Positions 1 to 12,700 of a stretch of 64,000 nt of DNA are shown here, one piece after another. Each line of letters opens with the position of its first letter. The first letter of the stretch is position 1. The DNA is from Phallusia mammillata (Eukaryota). The stretch spans positions 496,001-560,000 of the forward strand of contig OZ281501.1 of NCBI GenBank assembly GCA_965637545.1. The letters are read 5' to 3'. The position numbers and the translations under genes are program-made. Below the pieces are notes generated by a model. That model saw only the letters and a list, made by a program, of their open reading frames with translations. It did no database searches and had not been told where the DNA came from.

Positions 1-151
1 TGTGAACAAAAGGAAAATAAGAAGTTTTTTCCCTTTTCGCGCATTTGTTTGTATTTTTGATTTTTATCATAAAATTGACGTAGTTGATTGAACTTTTCTC
101 CTTACTTTTCTGAGTATTCAAACGCGCTTGTTTCTGCTTGTATCTTATTTT

Positions 152-187
152 CACTGATGTTGACAATTGTTTTTGTCGAAACGTCTG
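152..187 (+). ncRNA. Minimal type-I hammerhead ribozyme motif, subfamily A, core mutated (CUGAUGU)
   Basis: CA-CTGATGT-T-GACAA/TTGTC stem II-GAAAC-GTC-TG. The downstream tail is shared with the 38099 copy. Confidence 0.5.
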
Positions 188-1199
188 GTTAAGAAAATGA
201 GTACGTTTTATTTTACATCGCTGGCAATTTGGTTGCTATTAAAGCTACTATTTAAGTCCGTGTCTTGTGTATCTATGTCATAAAATTGGTTTTGAAACTA
301 AGTACCAGCAACATAAATTCAAAATTGTCGAAATTGAGTCGTATTTGGCCCTTGCCCATATCTTAATGGAATTCGCGATGCCAATAAAACTTAACATGAA
401 AGTTGGCTCTGTGTAGTTGGCCGGTGCAGATATAAACCTCTGCCAGCAACAAGCGAAGCGATCCATTGTAACTTCCCTGGCAGGGCGTGGGAATAGCGCT
501 AGTCGCTCCCATGACAATTCATTCTGGAATTTGGAAGCAGTTGGCGCGAGCTGTGACCGCTGGGAGACGATCATAATGTCGTCTCTCGGGGATTTGTAAA
601 CGATTTGAAATTTGAAAATTTGCTGTTGCCGAGTAAATACAGGCACAAGCTAACGCAAAAAAATCTTAAATTTGCTGCCTTTGTGTCGCTATTTTTATTT
701 TTATTTTTCAGTAAATTTGTCGTTTAACTGGTGTGATGCTAAACAAAAACCAGTCGTTATTAACAAAATACCAGCAATTGGTAATTTGGTTGACGTTTCG
801 AAAAATAATATAAATCTAACTTAACTTAATTTTGTTTTGTTTTTAGGATAAATTGATAAAACGAAAACACAATCACAACGTTAACAACTTTCCTTACGCC
901 ACGACAAACATAGCATAGGTAAAAGGAAGTTTATCGAAAACCCGATTGTTTTTCAATTGTTTCCAGTATTTCCTTTTTAACGTTTCCCCCTGGGAGATCT
1001 CAATATTATTCCGGTCCACTGACCGATCGCACGAAAGCTCACCAATCGTCAACTGACACGACATCCTTCATTCAAGCGCTTCCTATTCACAGCGTGACGT
1101 CACTACGCTATTGTGACGTAGCTCGCTAATTCGATTTAAGTCGAACAGTTCGGGAAGATCAAAGAAGCAACCTTTTGCAAAACCTTAATTGAAATCTTC

Positions 1200-1620
1200 T
1201 CGTTGTATCAATCGCGATTCTATGCGCCACGTTTTGAACTTGCATTGATGAAATAAATCCACGTAAAAATCCCTGCATTTTAGGGTGGAACACGACAATT
1301 TCGTTAAATTGTCGAAACAAGGTTGTCCAAAGTGCAATAAACCACCGACACAGGTCTTATGAGACAAAAGTGTTGGGATGAAAGAAGCATCATTTAAAGC
1401 TGCATAATACAAAGTTTTTGAAAATTCTACATGGAAATATGCGCGATGCATGACACGCAAGTCTCAGCGTCACGTGTTTAAGTATGCATTCTACCGTAAT
1501 GAAACCAAGTAAAAATCCCTGCACTACGGGGTGGGACACGACATTGATTAATTTCGGTAAGTTCTTGAACCACTGCAACATGTCTGCTTATGGGACCAAA
1601 GTATTGACCAAACCACATTG
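1200..1620. repeat. Diverged tandem duplication, period about 246 bp
   Basis: Anchor taaaaatccctgca at 1264 and 1510, each followed by gggtg..acacgaca and cttatg.gac.aaagt. Confidence 0.6.
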
Positions 1621-4600
1621 ACAACGCAAAAGGCATCACACACTGACAAACACTTGATTAACAAGATGACTGGTTTTCTGATAAGCCAATGGGTGTTCCA
1701 CTTTAGTAAAGTTATTCATTTGTGTTTTGTGTCGAAAAAAAAAACTTTCAAAAATTTTCTTGGCCCCATTTACACAAGCTCAAGGAAAAAGTGCAGAGTT
1801 GCAGAAACACTTAGAGTTAAAATATCGAGGTCGAAACAGTCTCGTGACCTTTCACCGACTTTTACTTCTCACAACAAATGACGTAGACGGTCGCGCCCTA
1901 ACGGCTTTAATCCTTTTGCTGGCAACCGCATGAATCGTTGTGAAGTGACGATGTCAAGAGCTTGTCGCAACTACAAGTTTAAGTTCAAGAAAGTTGACTT
2001 TTGTTGTGACTGTGTCCTCGGTTCGCAACGTTTGAACAACATAGTCAGGCCTAACCTTTGTTACGGCGATGTCTGGTGGTTTTAGAATGGGAATATCGAT
2101 GCAGAACTACTTTTTTACGTTAAAAGTGCAAAAAATATCGGTTACTGGCGGCTCAACCACCGCTAAACTAACAAGAACTTCTTGACTGAGACTTGAAACT
2201 GAATTTTACCAACATTGAGTGAGAAAGACAAACGTCACCGAAAACATCAACAAAAGCTGTTTAAGTAATATAGAAGGGTAAACTTTGATATTCGAAGGTC
2301 CAATGCAACTGTTTCTGACCTTAATCTAAGTAAAGACAAAATACAGACTAACGTTTAAGCTGCAGCATCGCACAAATAACTTTCATGCACGTGTTACTTC
2401 AATTCCAAACACAACAATTGCTGCTTGATGGTTCTGCAGTCATGTCAGTAACAATTTCGTCACTCAAAAAGTGAAAATTATTAAATTATCTGGTGGAACC
2501 GACTCATAAAGAAGTAAAGTGTAAAAATTTACGAAACACTGTTCTGAAAAATCCAACCAACTCTAATTTCCGCTGACAGTTGCCAGACACTTGTGAGCGG
2601 ACAATAGCCTCTATGACGTCACAAATTCCAAGCGTTATCAGACAATCGCCGTGTGTGGTGAAGCGTGACGATAGGTAACATGGATTGATGGGTTTGTTCT
2701 CAACTTACCTGTGCAGAAACTAAACGAAACACAAACTGGTATCAATGCTGCCTTGTAGAAAGCTAATCCTATTGTGCGGTGGGAAGAACATGCTTCACAT
2801 CAACAAACTGATGCCGACCCTACTATTACTGCTATTGCTGTTCATACAACGTGCTAGCAAAGTAATACTTCCGTTGTAAAGGCCTCATTTGGTTTGGAAT
2901 CACGATATATTTAACTAGCGATAGGTAACTGATTTTTGGCGTACAAACTGCTTTTTTAGAACTGTTGAATGGTCAAAACTTGTGTGGCATTTTTTTAAAC
3001 AACGATCAAACTACGTAGATTTGCTTAGACAGAACAAGGTAATAAACACAATATTATTGTCTCTACCTTGCACAAGGTTTTTGGGTTGTTACTTTTTTGG
3101 AATGTTTGCAAGTAACCGAAAAAACAATCTCTTGCTTAGCAGTTCACACTCACTCACGACCAACTAAACGCCGGTTTTTAATTTGATTGCAAAACTCGCA
3201 ATCTCAAATTATCAAGTGGGAAATGGTTCTCGTGTTTGCAGAGGGCGGTGATTAAGCTGAACTTCGGTTAACGAGCTACAATTTAAAGGTGCGACCTCCG
3301 CGAACTAAAAGCGCTGGCTTTCCGAATAAGTAATGAAAGATCCGATGAAATTTGCTGACCGAGGAAGGCGGGCACTTTAATCGGGCAATAGATTGTTGGC
3401 AATTGGCAAATCTACTCTGCAAGGAAGTTTGAAGGCCGAAAAACTTCAAAGCACTTTACTGAATTGCTTCTCCAATTGCTCAACGACATTAGCCGACAAA
3501 CTGTGTGACATTTACCAACGTTTTGTTGATTAAACAAGGTAGAATGTCGTATACTTTGATCCTTGCGACAAAATATTGCAAATAACAAAACATCTACGCG
3601 AAACTTTTCCTGGTTGTAAAAAAACTACATGCAACAATGTTTGAATTAAATGTTTAATATAATATGAACTGGAAATAGTTCTCATTTTCTCAGTAAAATA
3701 AGTTAAAATCCCTTACATATCGTTCATTTTCTGCCTATACAGCAAACTAATCTTCTGACAATCAACTTTCGTGACAAAGTGAACAGCACATTCTGCAACT
3801 TACAAGTTTAAACTACAACAACACAACGTTAGTAAACCTGAAAACTTTAAACAACCTCTGCTTATCCTTGTAATACAAACTGCACAAAACTCTGGCACGC
3901 TTTGTAAACAGATAAGAAAGCCACTGCGCGACTAACAGCAGAGAATAGGGGCACTTAAGTTGTAAAAATAAAACACACACTGGGTTACGAGCAGCCTCGT
4001 AAATCCCTGAAGCTCGATTTTGAGACGCGAAACAGACCGATTTCGTGGTAATGTAGGCCAGCAAGTGGACGTTGAGCCAGCTGGGCGTCATAAGGTCAGC
4101 CAATAAATAAATCCACGCCAGAATTGACAGGGAGGTTTGCGATATATCACGCTCTCTGCTGGATGGCGGCCGAATATTGAGGACAACGTCAGAGCTGACA
4201 TAGATTTGTGACAAATGTGATTGTTAGATTCGTTACAACATCGAGGTTGATTGACAGCCTGTCAGACAAACTCGTTTATTAACTTCTCATGGCAAACCTA
4301 AGACGTCTTGGTTCTTTTCAAGTTTGCAATTAACTATAATAGTTGATTAAAAGTCGATAAATATACAAACACTTTAACACTATCCTTCAAAATCAAAACA
4401 CAATTGTTTCATAGAAACTGTTTTAGCTTTTCCAACTTTTCGTATGACTTTTCAACCCCTTCACTGCAACCGCAGTTCATCAAACCAGCAACGCGAGGAA
4501 TGACTAATAATACTGAATCCAAATTCCCCCCGGGACGTGTCTTAATCCGCTACAGTAGTGTCGAAGTTGTTTGTAGTGAGGATTTCAAATGATTAAAGTC

Positions 4601-6559
4601 GATTCGTCTGCGGGATGATGAAGTTTGTTTGATCTGACACTGTACATTTGCGTCAAACCGGTTGATCAAACAACAGATTCATACTGTCAGTATATTTTTC
4701 CTTCTAAACCGGACAAACTGCACAAGTTTGGTACGGTAGTTATGATACAACGTACAACAAACTGGAAATGTACGGTGTAGCTGCAGCGCGTTCAGCCATT
4801 ATCCACCAATTGTGCCCTCCATTGTTTTGCGCTACATAACGTTTTAACGTTGCGCAGCTATTTCCCGCTTGGTGATTGTTTTAGTGCAATTGTGACGCTA
4901 TGTTGTCTTTCACCAAGCGAAATAAACTCAACTCAACTGAGCTGATGTCGAAATAAGTCTGATAACTTTATACATAAAATCTGCTGCTGACTTTTTACAT
5001 TGCGTTGTTGGCGAACAACTTTAAGCACAAAATCACAACCAACAATAGCTTAAACTTTTACCAACAAACTAACGACCTAACTGAATCTCAGTTGCTTCGA
5101 CAATTTTCCAACCTTACCACCACACCTAGCTATAGCAAAGTCGAACACAGCTTCGTCGCAACAAGCTCTTCCCTCACACACGAGTTCGACAAGCATTGTG
5201 TTGTCGCGCTTTAAAAGGTCACGATGTAATTGTTGTCGTTCGATTGAGAGGTTGACAATACGCGGAGTATAACGCGACACATCAGATGATATTTCGCGAG
5301 CTTTGAAACAACTTTCTGACACAATTGCTTCAAACAACACAATGTCACCGTGTTTTTATATTCAGTGTAAGTTTACTATTCCCAGAAACATATAAAGGGC
5401 AAAGTGGTTAAATTCGTTTATGGGGGCGTTTTACGATTTGTCAACATGGAACAACTATTTGTCCTAACGCTTAAACTAGTAATCGCTATGGACGAGCTCC
5501 TTGATTTGACTTGCATTACCTAAACTATATTAAAAAACGTTTTGTTGAAACGCTTAAACTACAAAACGGCATTTTATAAGACTTCAGTGACATTTTTTTA
5601 CTAGTTTGCTTACTAGTTAAACCAGTAAGTTTACACAGTTGGAATGTGTAATAGAAAAACGAAGCTATTATACAGTTAGGGCAGCTGAGTGCAACATCAA
5701 AGAGTTTTATAAACAAACAAACAAACGTTCTACACTAACAACCACGCCCTCCTTTAACACAACAAGTCGAACCCAGGCATTGAATCAAAGCAACCTGATC
5801 CCACCATCACATATTTTCCCTCAATTTGTGGCGAGCCGAGCTGACAAGCAAACACATGAAGCAGGTGCGAAGCGGGAACAGCAAGCGTCGTTTTATCAGT
5901 AAACACAAGCAGAGATAGCATCAGCACTAGTATCGATGTGGACCATTAAAAGTAACCGGGGTCTTGGTACGAGCAATGCTTGTTATGTTGCGAATATACA
6001 GTTTGGTGCAATACATGGGAGAAATAGATGCTGGTATGATAATCTTCGACAGGATAGACGGATTAACGCCTAAAAGGGTTCATTAAGCATTACAGGAATG
6101 TTTAACATGCCGCTGAGCCAAGTCATAAGCACACGGAACTCTAGAACCGAATCAGACAAACTTAGAAGCACGTTGTATGAGCGAATGTTATTTATACGAA
6201 ATATATGAAGGAAAAATTCCAAACCAAGATCAACTGGAAGAGCCTTAGGTGCGTTTTTACCACATAGTTTATTTCCCACTTCGTGCTTAATACATATCCT
6301 ATAAATATCCGGCCTCAAAACGAATTTTTTTAGGGGCGTGTTAATAAAGACTTCGCTAAACTGTCTGTCGCATTTAAAGTTTTTCCCGTCAAACCCTAAC
6401 CCTGACACTTATGTTTAATTATCGAACATCAGCCTTACTTACAAAGCAGATACATTTCACGAAATCCTTGGTTCTTGCCACATATTTAAAAAACGTTGCC
6501 ACAAATATTCATCTGCATAAACAGAAGGTTGAGCAGTTTTGACATGTCATACATAAAAC

Positions 6560-6740
6560 ACAGTCCTAACACTACATCATAGTACACCAGGCCTATTAAA
6601 GGCGTGTACCGCGAATCAGTCGGTCTCCCAAGCATTCCCATTGGGCGCAACATAGGCAAGAAAAAAAATCTAGCCTGCGGTGGATTCGAACCCACGACAG
6701 GAGTCTTTCCAGGACTCGCGCTCTACCAACTGATCCAAGT
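6560..6740 (-). mobile_element. tRNA-derived SINE
   Basis: A box TGGATCAGTTGG and B box GGTTCGAATCC on the minus strand; body shared with 17660-17750 and 30950-31100. Confidence 0.75.
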
Positions 6741-6799
6741 ATAAATATATTTATCTTAGCTATCACCTAAACATAAACATCATACAATCTGCTTCTTAC

Positions 6800-9700
6800 C
6801 TAGGGGTCTCTCCCTACTTCTGCTCCTACTCCGGACTATGGGAAGACTCGATCTCAACCTCCCGCCACGTGACAAGCTGTGGTGGTAGGTGAATCCCCCA
6901 CTATCGTTGGACGATGACGTCAGTGCTGTGTTGGCATGGTAACACTCTGCAGCGTAACTCGCGCGACTTCTCACGTTGCTGTGGATTGAACTGGGCAAAG
7001 TCGATTGCGAATAGGATTGCTGGAAAAAGAAAAGTGCAAGGTCAAGTCAAGGTCACACGTGGTGTGGTTTAAAGTTTGATGTGTGATGGAACAAACCAAG
7101 TATTTGCGACTATATTTTATAAAATGTTAACAGAAAGAGATATTTTATGTAAATTTTAAATATTTTTATAATTTGTAACTTTGTGTTACATCAGAGGTTT
7201 CAACTAGGGGTAATATTATCCGTAAATGGCTGTCACACAAGCTTGAAGTGCCGTAGTTGACATGGACAGTAGAAGAAACTTTGCTAGAGTTGGGTTTGCT
7301 AAAAAATAGCACGGGGGGCAAACTTTATCTTTCAATCCGCTAAGAGGTAGACGATACTGTTAGATGAAAACTTTTGAATTATATAGGCGATTGAAAAGTC
7401 CAAGGTCATAAGTGTAGATCACACGTGGTAAGGTTTGATGCGTGATGGAAGAAATTAAGTATTTGAGACATTCTTTTCGCACAACTGTTTAAAACTGGAG
7501 ACAAGGAGATATTGTACAGGTTTATAATATATTTCACAGCGTGTAAGTTTGTATTACACCAGAGGTTTTAAACCTGGGCTAATTTTACCCCCTATGGGTT
7601 GTCACATAAGCTTGAAGTACCATACGTTCACAGGGACAGTAATTGGGTTTGCTAAAAATAGCACGGGGTGAAAATTTTATCTTTAAAACCACTAAAGGGG
7701 TAAACGATACTGTTAGGTGGAAACTTTTGGATTAGACGATTTGTAAAGGCAAATGAAGTAGTGAATCGCATCACCTGATGTGTGTCGGCAAACAAAAACG
7801 AAAAAAGGTTTCCCATACAAACTCCTCGACCCCCAAACCTGAGGAAACCCACGAAATAACAACACAGAGTTGACAGTAAACAAACAACACATCAGTTCAC
7901 AAAACACATCCGTCCATCATCGTTAACACACAGTTCAGCAACCAGGGATCACCACGCAAAGATGTTGTGGCAAAACACATATGTTTCCTAATTCCCTTCA
8001 CCACATTATTGGGGTTGTGAGTGGAAAACAATGCTTCTTTGAAGGTTCCCACACAATATCAATGTTACTTTACTGACTCCGTGAAAGTGCGGTGACCCAT
8101 AACTCCGTGAAAACATGCGACGTGTAAATGATACGACGCGTTTATTTATAGATGCTGATGTAACTGAGCTCTGTGAGAAGTTATAACTTGCATTTCGGGT
8201 ATTTTAGCAAGCACAAACTATGCTGATGTAGTACAAGAAACATTTTACAATAAAACACGCTTCACCCGTTAACCTTGAAGAGTGCGTTAAAACCATATAG
8301 CCGACCTCCCTTACTATGGTGTCGAAGTAAAGATGACTGATTCACATTACACTTTGCTGCAACACAACATGTACGAAGGGATTTTTGTGTCAAAAAACGT
8401 TAACAAAACGTATTGCTTATAATGGTCCAAGATAAACGTCATGCTGCTATAAACCAGAATTTCTAAGAACCCGATCATCGTCACAGCTTGCAAACAGCGA
8501 GTCTCGTTGTCTGGCTTTCCTGTAAACTGCTTGTTTAAACAGAGGTTTGGGTCACGGTGTTTTGGTGGGACAAGTGTTTGGGAGCAACAACTTAAACAAA
8601 GTAAACATGGCTTGTATTGTTGGGTTAACGCAAATCCAACCATGTCAGAAGTTGGTGCTCTCCCATCTTAAACATATGAAGATGAAAGACATCGGTCGTT
8701 TGGACAGCACAGTGTTGATGCAAAATTTGATAAAATGATTGAGGTTCAAAGTTTGGAAAACGACAAAATTTGAAAAGTAGATATTGCATCAAAACCTATA
8801 TTCGGCCTTGTCATATCAACAACTTTTAAAACGTTTCAAAGTTAAAAAAACAAACAAATTGGGAACGTACAGTTACTACCCTTACAAATGCCCCAAAATA
8901 GCAACTAATTAAAGAAATCGTCATTCACAAGTTTAACTTTAGACATTCAAACTCTGCAAGCAATCAATTGTAAACGTCCACCAAAGCAGCTGGAGACACA
9001 GGTGGCAAAATTACGCCGAGAAAAGTTGGAGGTCAAAACGAAATTGCCCCTAACACATGTCAGTCAACCACTTCATCATTTCAAACTATCCCGCACTGTG
9101 GTTGGTCGAGCGGACATCACGTGTCAAGTTTAATCTACTGGATAAATTTTTCTCACAATTGATCCTATATCGGGTAAACACGTCATTGAGATGGATAATC
9201 TGGTAAAATACTTATTCAAATAGAAAAGAAGCGGGTGATTTGGACCACCGGCGTGTTTAGTTGAATAAGGTGAAGATAGATTTAATATGACGCAAGTTAG
9301 ACACTCGATATCACAAGTTGTGCGGTTGGACCACCGGGTCTAAAAGTGTGAGCGGTCACTTAAACACTTCATCCCAGTGTAAAACCGGTTCCTGAAAAGT
9401 TTGGGAAAACTTGAACACCACAATGCTACATGGAATTACCCAACCTATACATAAAACTCTTAGTCAAGAAGAGACATCAGAAAAGTTTTCCAAATGTCTG
9501 TCGTCAGCACTAGTTCAGATCTGTCATATCACTTGACATCATCTATCGAACAAAATAAAACTTTAATTTAGGAAAAAGGTCGCACTTTAAAATAGAGAAT
9601 ATTTCGCGGCACACTTGGAAATGTCTCACCTAAACTAGAGTTTTGCTAATGAGTTGACAACAACAGGATTTGAGTTAGCTCGTCACAGTTTAAATTGACA

Positions 9701-12700
9701 GTACGGTTAATGTCCTCAAAACTAATTAACCTGGTTTAATCTGATTGGGTTTATGCAGCCACATTCCATCACTTGTGCGTCGATGAGAGCTTATAAGGCA
9801 CCAATACTACTACGACATGATACGGAATGTAAACAACCTTAATCAGGTGAACTATGTCCGAAGTATGCGAGTTTTTAAAGTTGTTTCTCACAAGCAGTGT
9901 TGGGAATGAATAAAACCCGTAAGGAACATTAAGCGAACATTTCAGTCAAATTGTAAAACTTTCCTGTCAAAGTGTAATATTGTTTCGCTAAAGTTGGTTG
10001 GTTAATTTTCGTTAGTTGCGTTCAGATCTCAAAACATATATCCGAATTCCTGCAAGCATGTTACATGTATTGCCGCATTTATGTATTGGGTCATGACCTT
10101 ATCAGTTTCTGGTTGTTATAATTTAACACTGGCTGGTCGGTGTTATTTAGTGATTAATTACGAGATAATTTAACAGCTAATAAAGGCAAAAAGACAGAAA
10201 TGTAAAATATCTTATATTTTAGGCCAATGGTTCCCAACCATGGGGGAATTCCCCACTAGGGGGGGGGGGGGATTTGTTTCACAATATTAATCTCTTACTG
10301 GTTGTCTGTGCTATGTTTTATTGCTGCACTTGCCATATATGAGCTGAGAAAATGAAAGTTCTCATATAATCGATTTAAGGCAGCATTGCATAAAGTGGAT
10401 GTACGAAGAAATTTCTAAAAAAAATAACGATATTTTAGCAAACTAAATTTGTAAGGGGGAATTAGATTTGAATATCGACTAAAAGGGTGCACAAGACAAA
10501 GAAGGTTGGGAACCACTGCTTTAGGCATTCCTAACAAAGACCAAACGTGGCAACAAATACTCACAAAGCCTCCCGAATCAGTGTAAAGTAAAAACAAACA
10601 ATAATTACTTCGACAAGGTACCAGAAAAAATACTAGAGGAAAACAAGTTGGAAATTGTTTAATGGTTTCGCCGAAGCAGTTTGTGAGGAGGGTGAGTTGG
10701 ATTGTTCAAATATTGACCGAAGTGACCGGCATTGTGAGATTGCACAGTGGAGAGATTACAACTTCCTGCAGCAAACAACACTTTGTCTGCACAAACACAT
10801 TTCACACTGCGACAACATGTCATACAAACTTCGTCAGTTGAAATATAAACTGCCAACAGCATGGTTCATTATCAGTAATTATAAGTTATATGGAGTGTTT
10901 GTTTCTTGTGCAATGAAAGTAACGTGAAAAACATTCTGGTAATCAAATGAAAAGAGTCTATAAACCAAAAACATGAATCCAAAGAAGAAAAATGTGGATG
11001 ACTCCGCAAGTTTCCAAAAAAAACTTTTAAACATCTCATGTGAAATATCAAACTGTCCTTGTTTTAAGGATACTGAATCCAACTTAATTGCAAACGTGTA
11101 AAGACGCCCGTCTGTTACGAGGAGTGTAAGTCGAAACATTGTTTGCTCACAATGACACACAGAAGTGAGTAATTTTTACGGGAAGTCTGTGATTCACTTA
11201 AGTAACAGATGGAAGACAGTGGTTGTTTTCAACAAGATTTTGCTACAATTTAACCGCCAATGTAAATTTTGCTCGTCACAGAGCCTGATTGTTTTTATCA
11301 AATAACTCATCTTTGTGTTCTAGATTTGTTAAATTTTGTATTTTCTGGTTGCTTCGATTCCTTTGTTTGTATTCAATCCTTTTATCGATGTCTCACTTTC
11401 ACCATAGAAATCTGTGACGAGGTGACGTCATGTACGGTCATGGTCCGTTGCATAGCAACCAAAAACAATTTCCACCACCAAACTTTGGCCGAGAAAAATT
11501 GGTGACTTGTTTAAGCGAAACCCGCCTGCAGAGAAACCACAAGGAGTTGCAACCGAGTAGCTTGTTTGAAGAGGAAAATTGGTTTGTTTGTAAATTTCCT
11601 TTACAGAATCTGCGGTGCTTGAGATAATCACTCGCTCAGTTGCGAAAATGGGCAAAGTTTTAAGCTAAAACACGTGGCAACCAAATCAATGGAGCGTGTC
11701 GATGAAACCAACTCAACCATAACATTTCCTGCTCCATATATGTTCACTCAACCGTGACAACATTTTTTAGTTTAAATTCAGATTTGTTTTTCTCAAACTC
11801 GGGTGTGGGTCAAAATTGCTGCTGGAAAACAACAATTGATGCAGATGGTCGAAAAGAGTAAAATAAATTCATTACTGGGATTCGCTCTAAAGTCTAAAGC
11901 GTCTATGGATGCAGACAGCGATTAAGGCACACTTATGTGTAAATCACAATGGTCGAAAAGAGCAGCAAAAACTTTGCTGAAAGGAGTAAATGAAACGGAC
12001 GAAGCGACCACATAAAAACAAAATATCACTTGATTCTAGCCACTAATATTTTGTTGAAGGAAAGAGCTATTAGCAGCAACACAAAGCAGTCGAATCAAAA
12101 CAAATTCCATTGAAACAATTTTACAAAACCATCAACCTTCTACTTCAGTTTGTATGAAATATTTTTACCAGTTGTCTGCTTATTATCAACCTCCCCGCAT
12201 TATCACGACCTTATTAGTCTTTCACGACCTTTCCCCAAATCCCGATCAAATTCAGCCAAAACCGGCACGAAGATATTTGAAAAATGCACAATTGCCTAAC
12301 AACAAGTGTGACGTCACAGCGGGCATTGTCGTGCGTCACAATCTGCACTCAGAAAGAATTGAACCGAGTCAGAAGAACGCAGATAGCCCAGTGGTGTTCG
12401 AGTTTTTGTGTAAAATGCAAATTGAAGCTTAGTGCTTGGGGTGTGTAATCTCACACATAAGTTGTGCGGTGAAACGACCTTAGACATTGAACCTTATCAC
12501 AGTGGATCAATTTCAACCACCGCATACAACCGGTGTGATGAACCCGGCTGACCTTTCAACAGGTTTGCAACTAAATAGTTTCGGTTTCAAATTCCCGCGT
12601 TTTTTGTCAGGGGTCGTTACGCATGGTTGGTTACTCGACCTCGGTAAAATCCAGACATTCCGAAGCTCATATGCCTGGTTTGTGTATCAAGTTCGAATGC

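Noticed and set aside
278-646. 122-aa minus-strand ORF as the next KIAA1217 exon
   Set aside because: Lacks the expected G-VLYLQYG motif, has no convincing splice sites, and the other frames are closed.
3813-4214. 133-aa ORF with a hydrophobic stretch
   Set aside because: No family match or splice context; overlaps a TF-motif cluster and is more likely regulatory.
8530-8780. Coding-like plus-strand frame (KQRFGSRCFGG...)
   Set aside because: Contains an in-frame stop and has no recognisable transposase or other motif.
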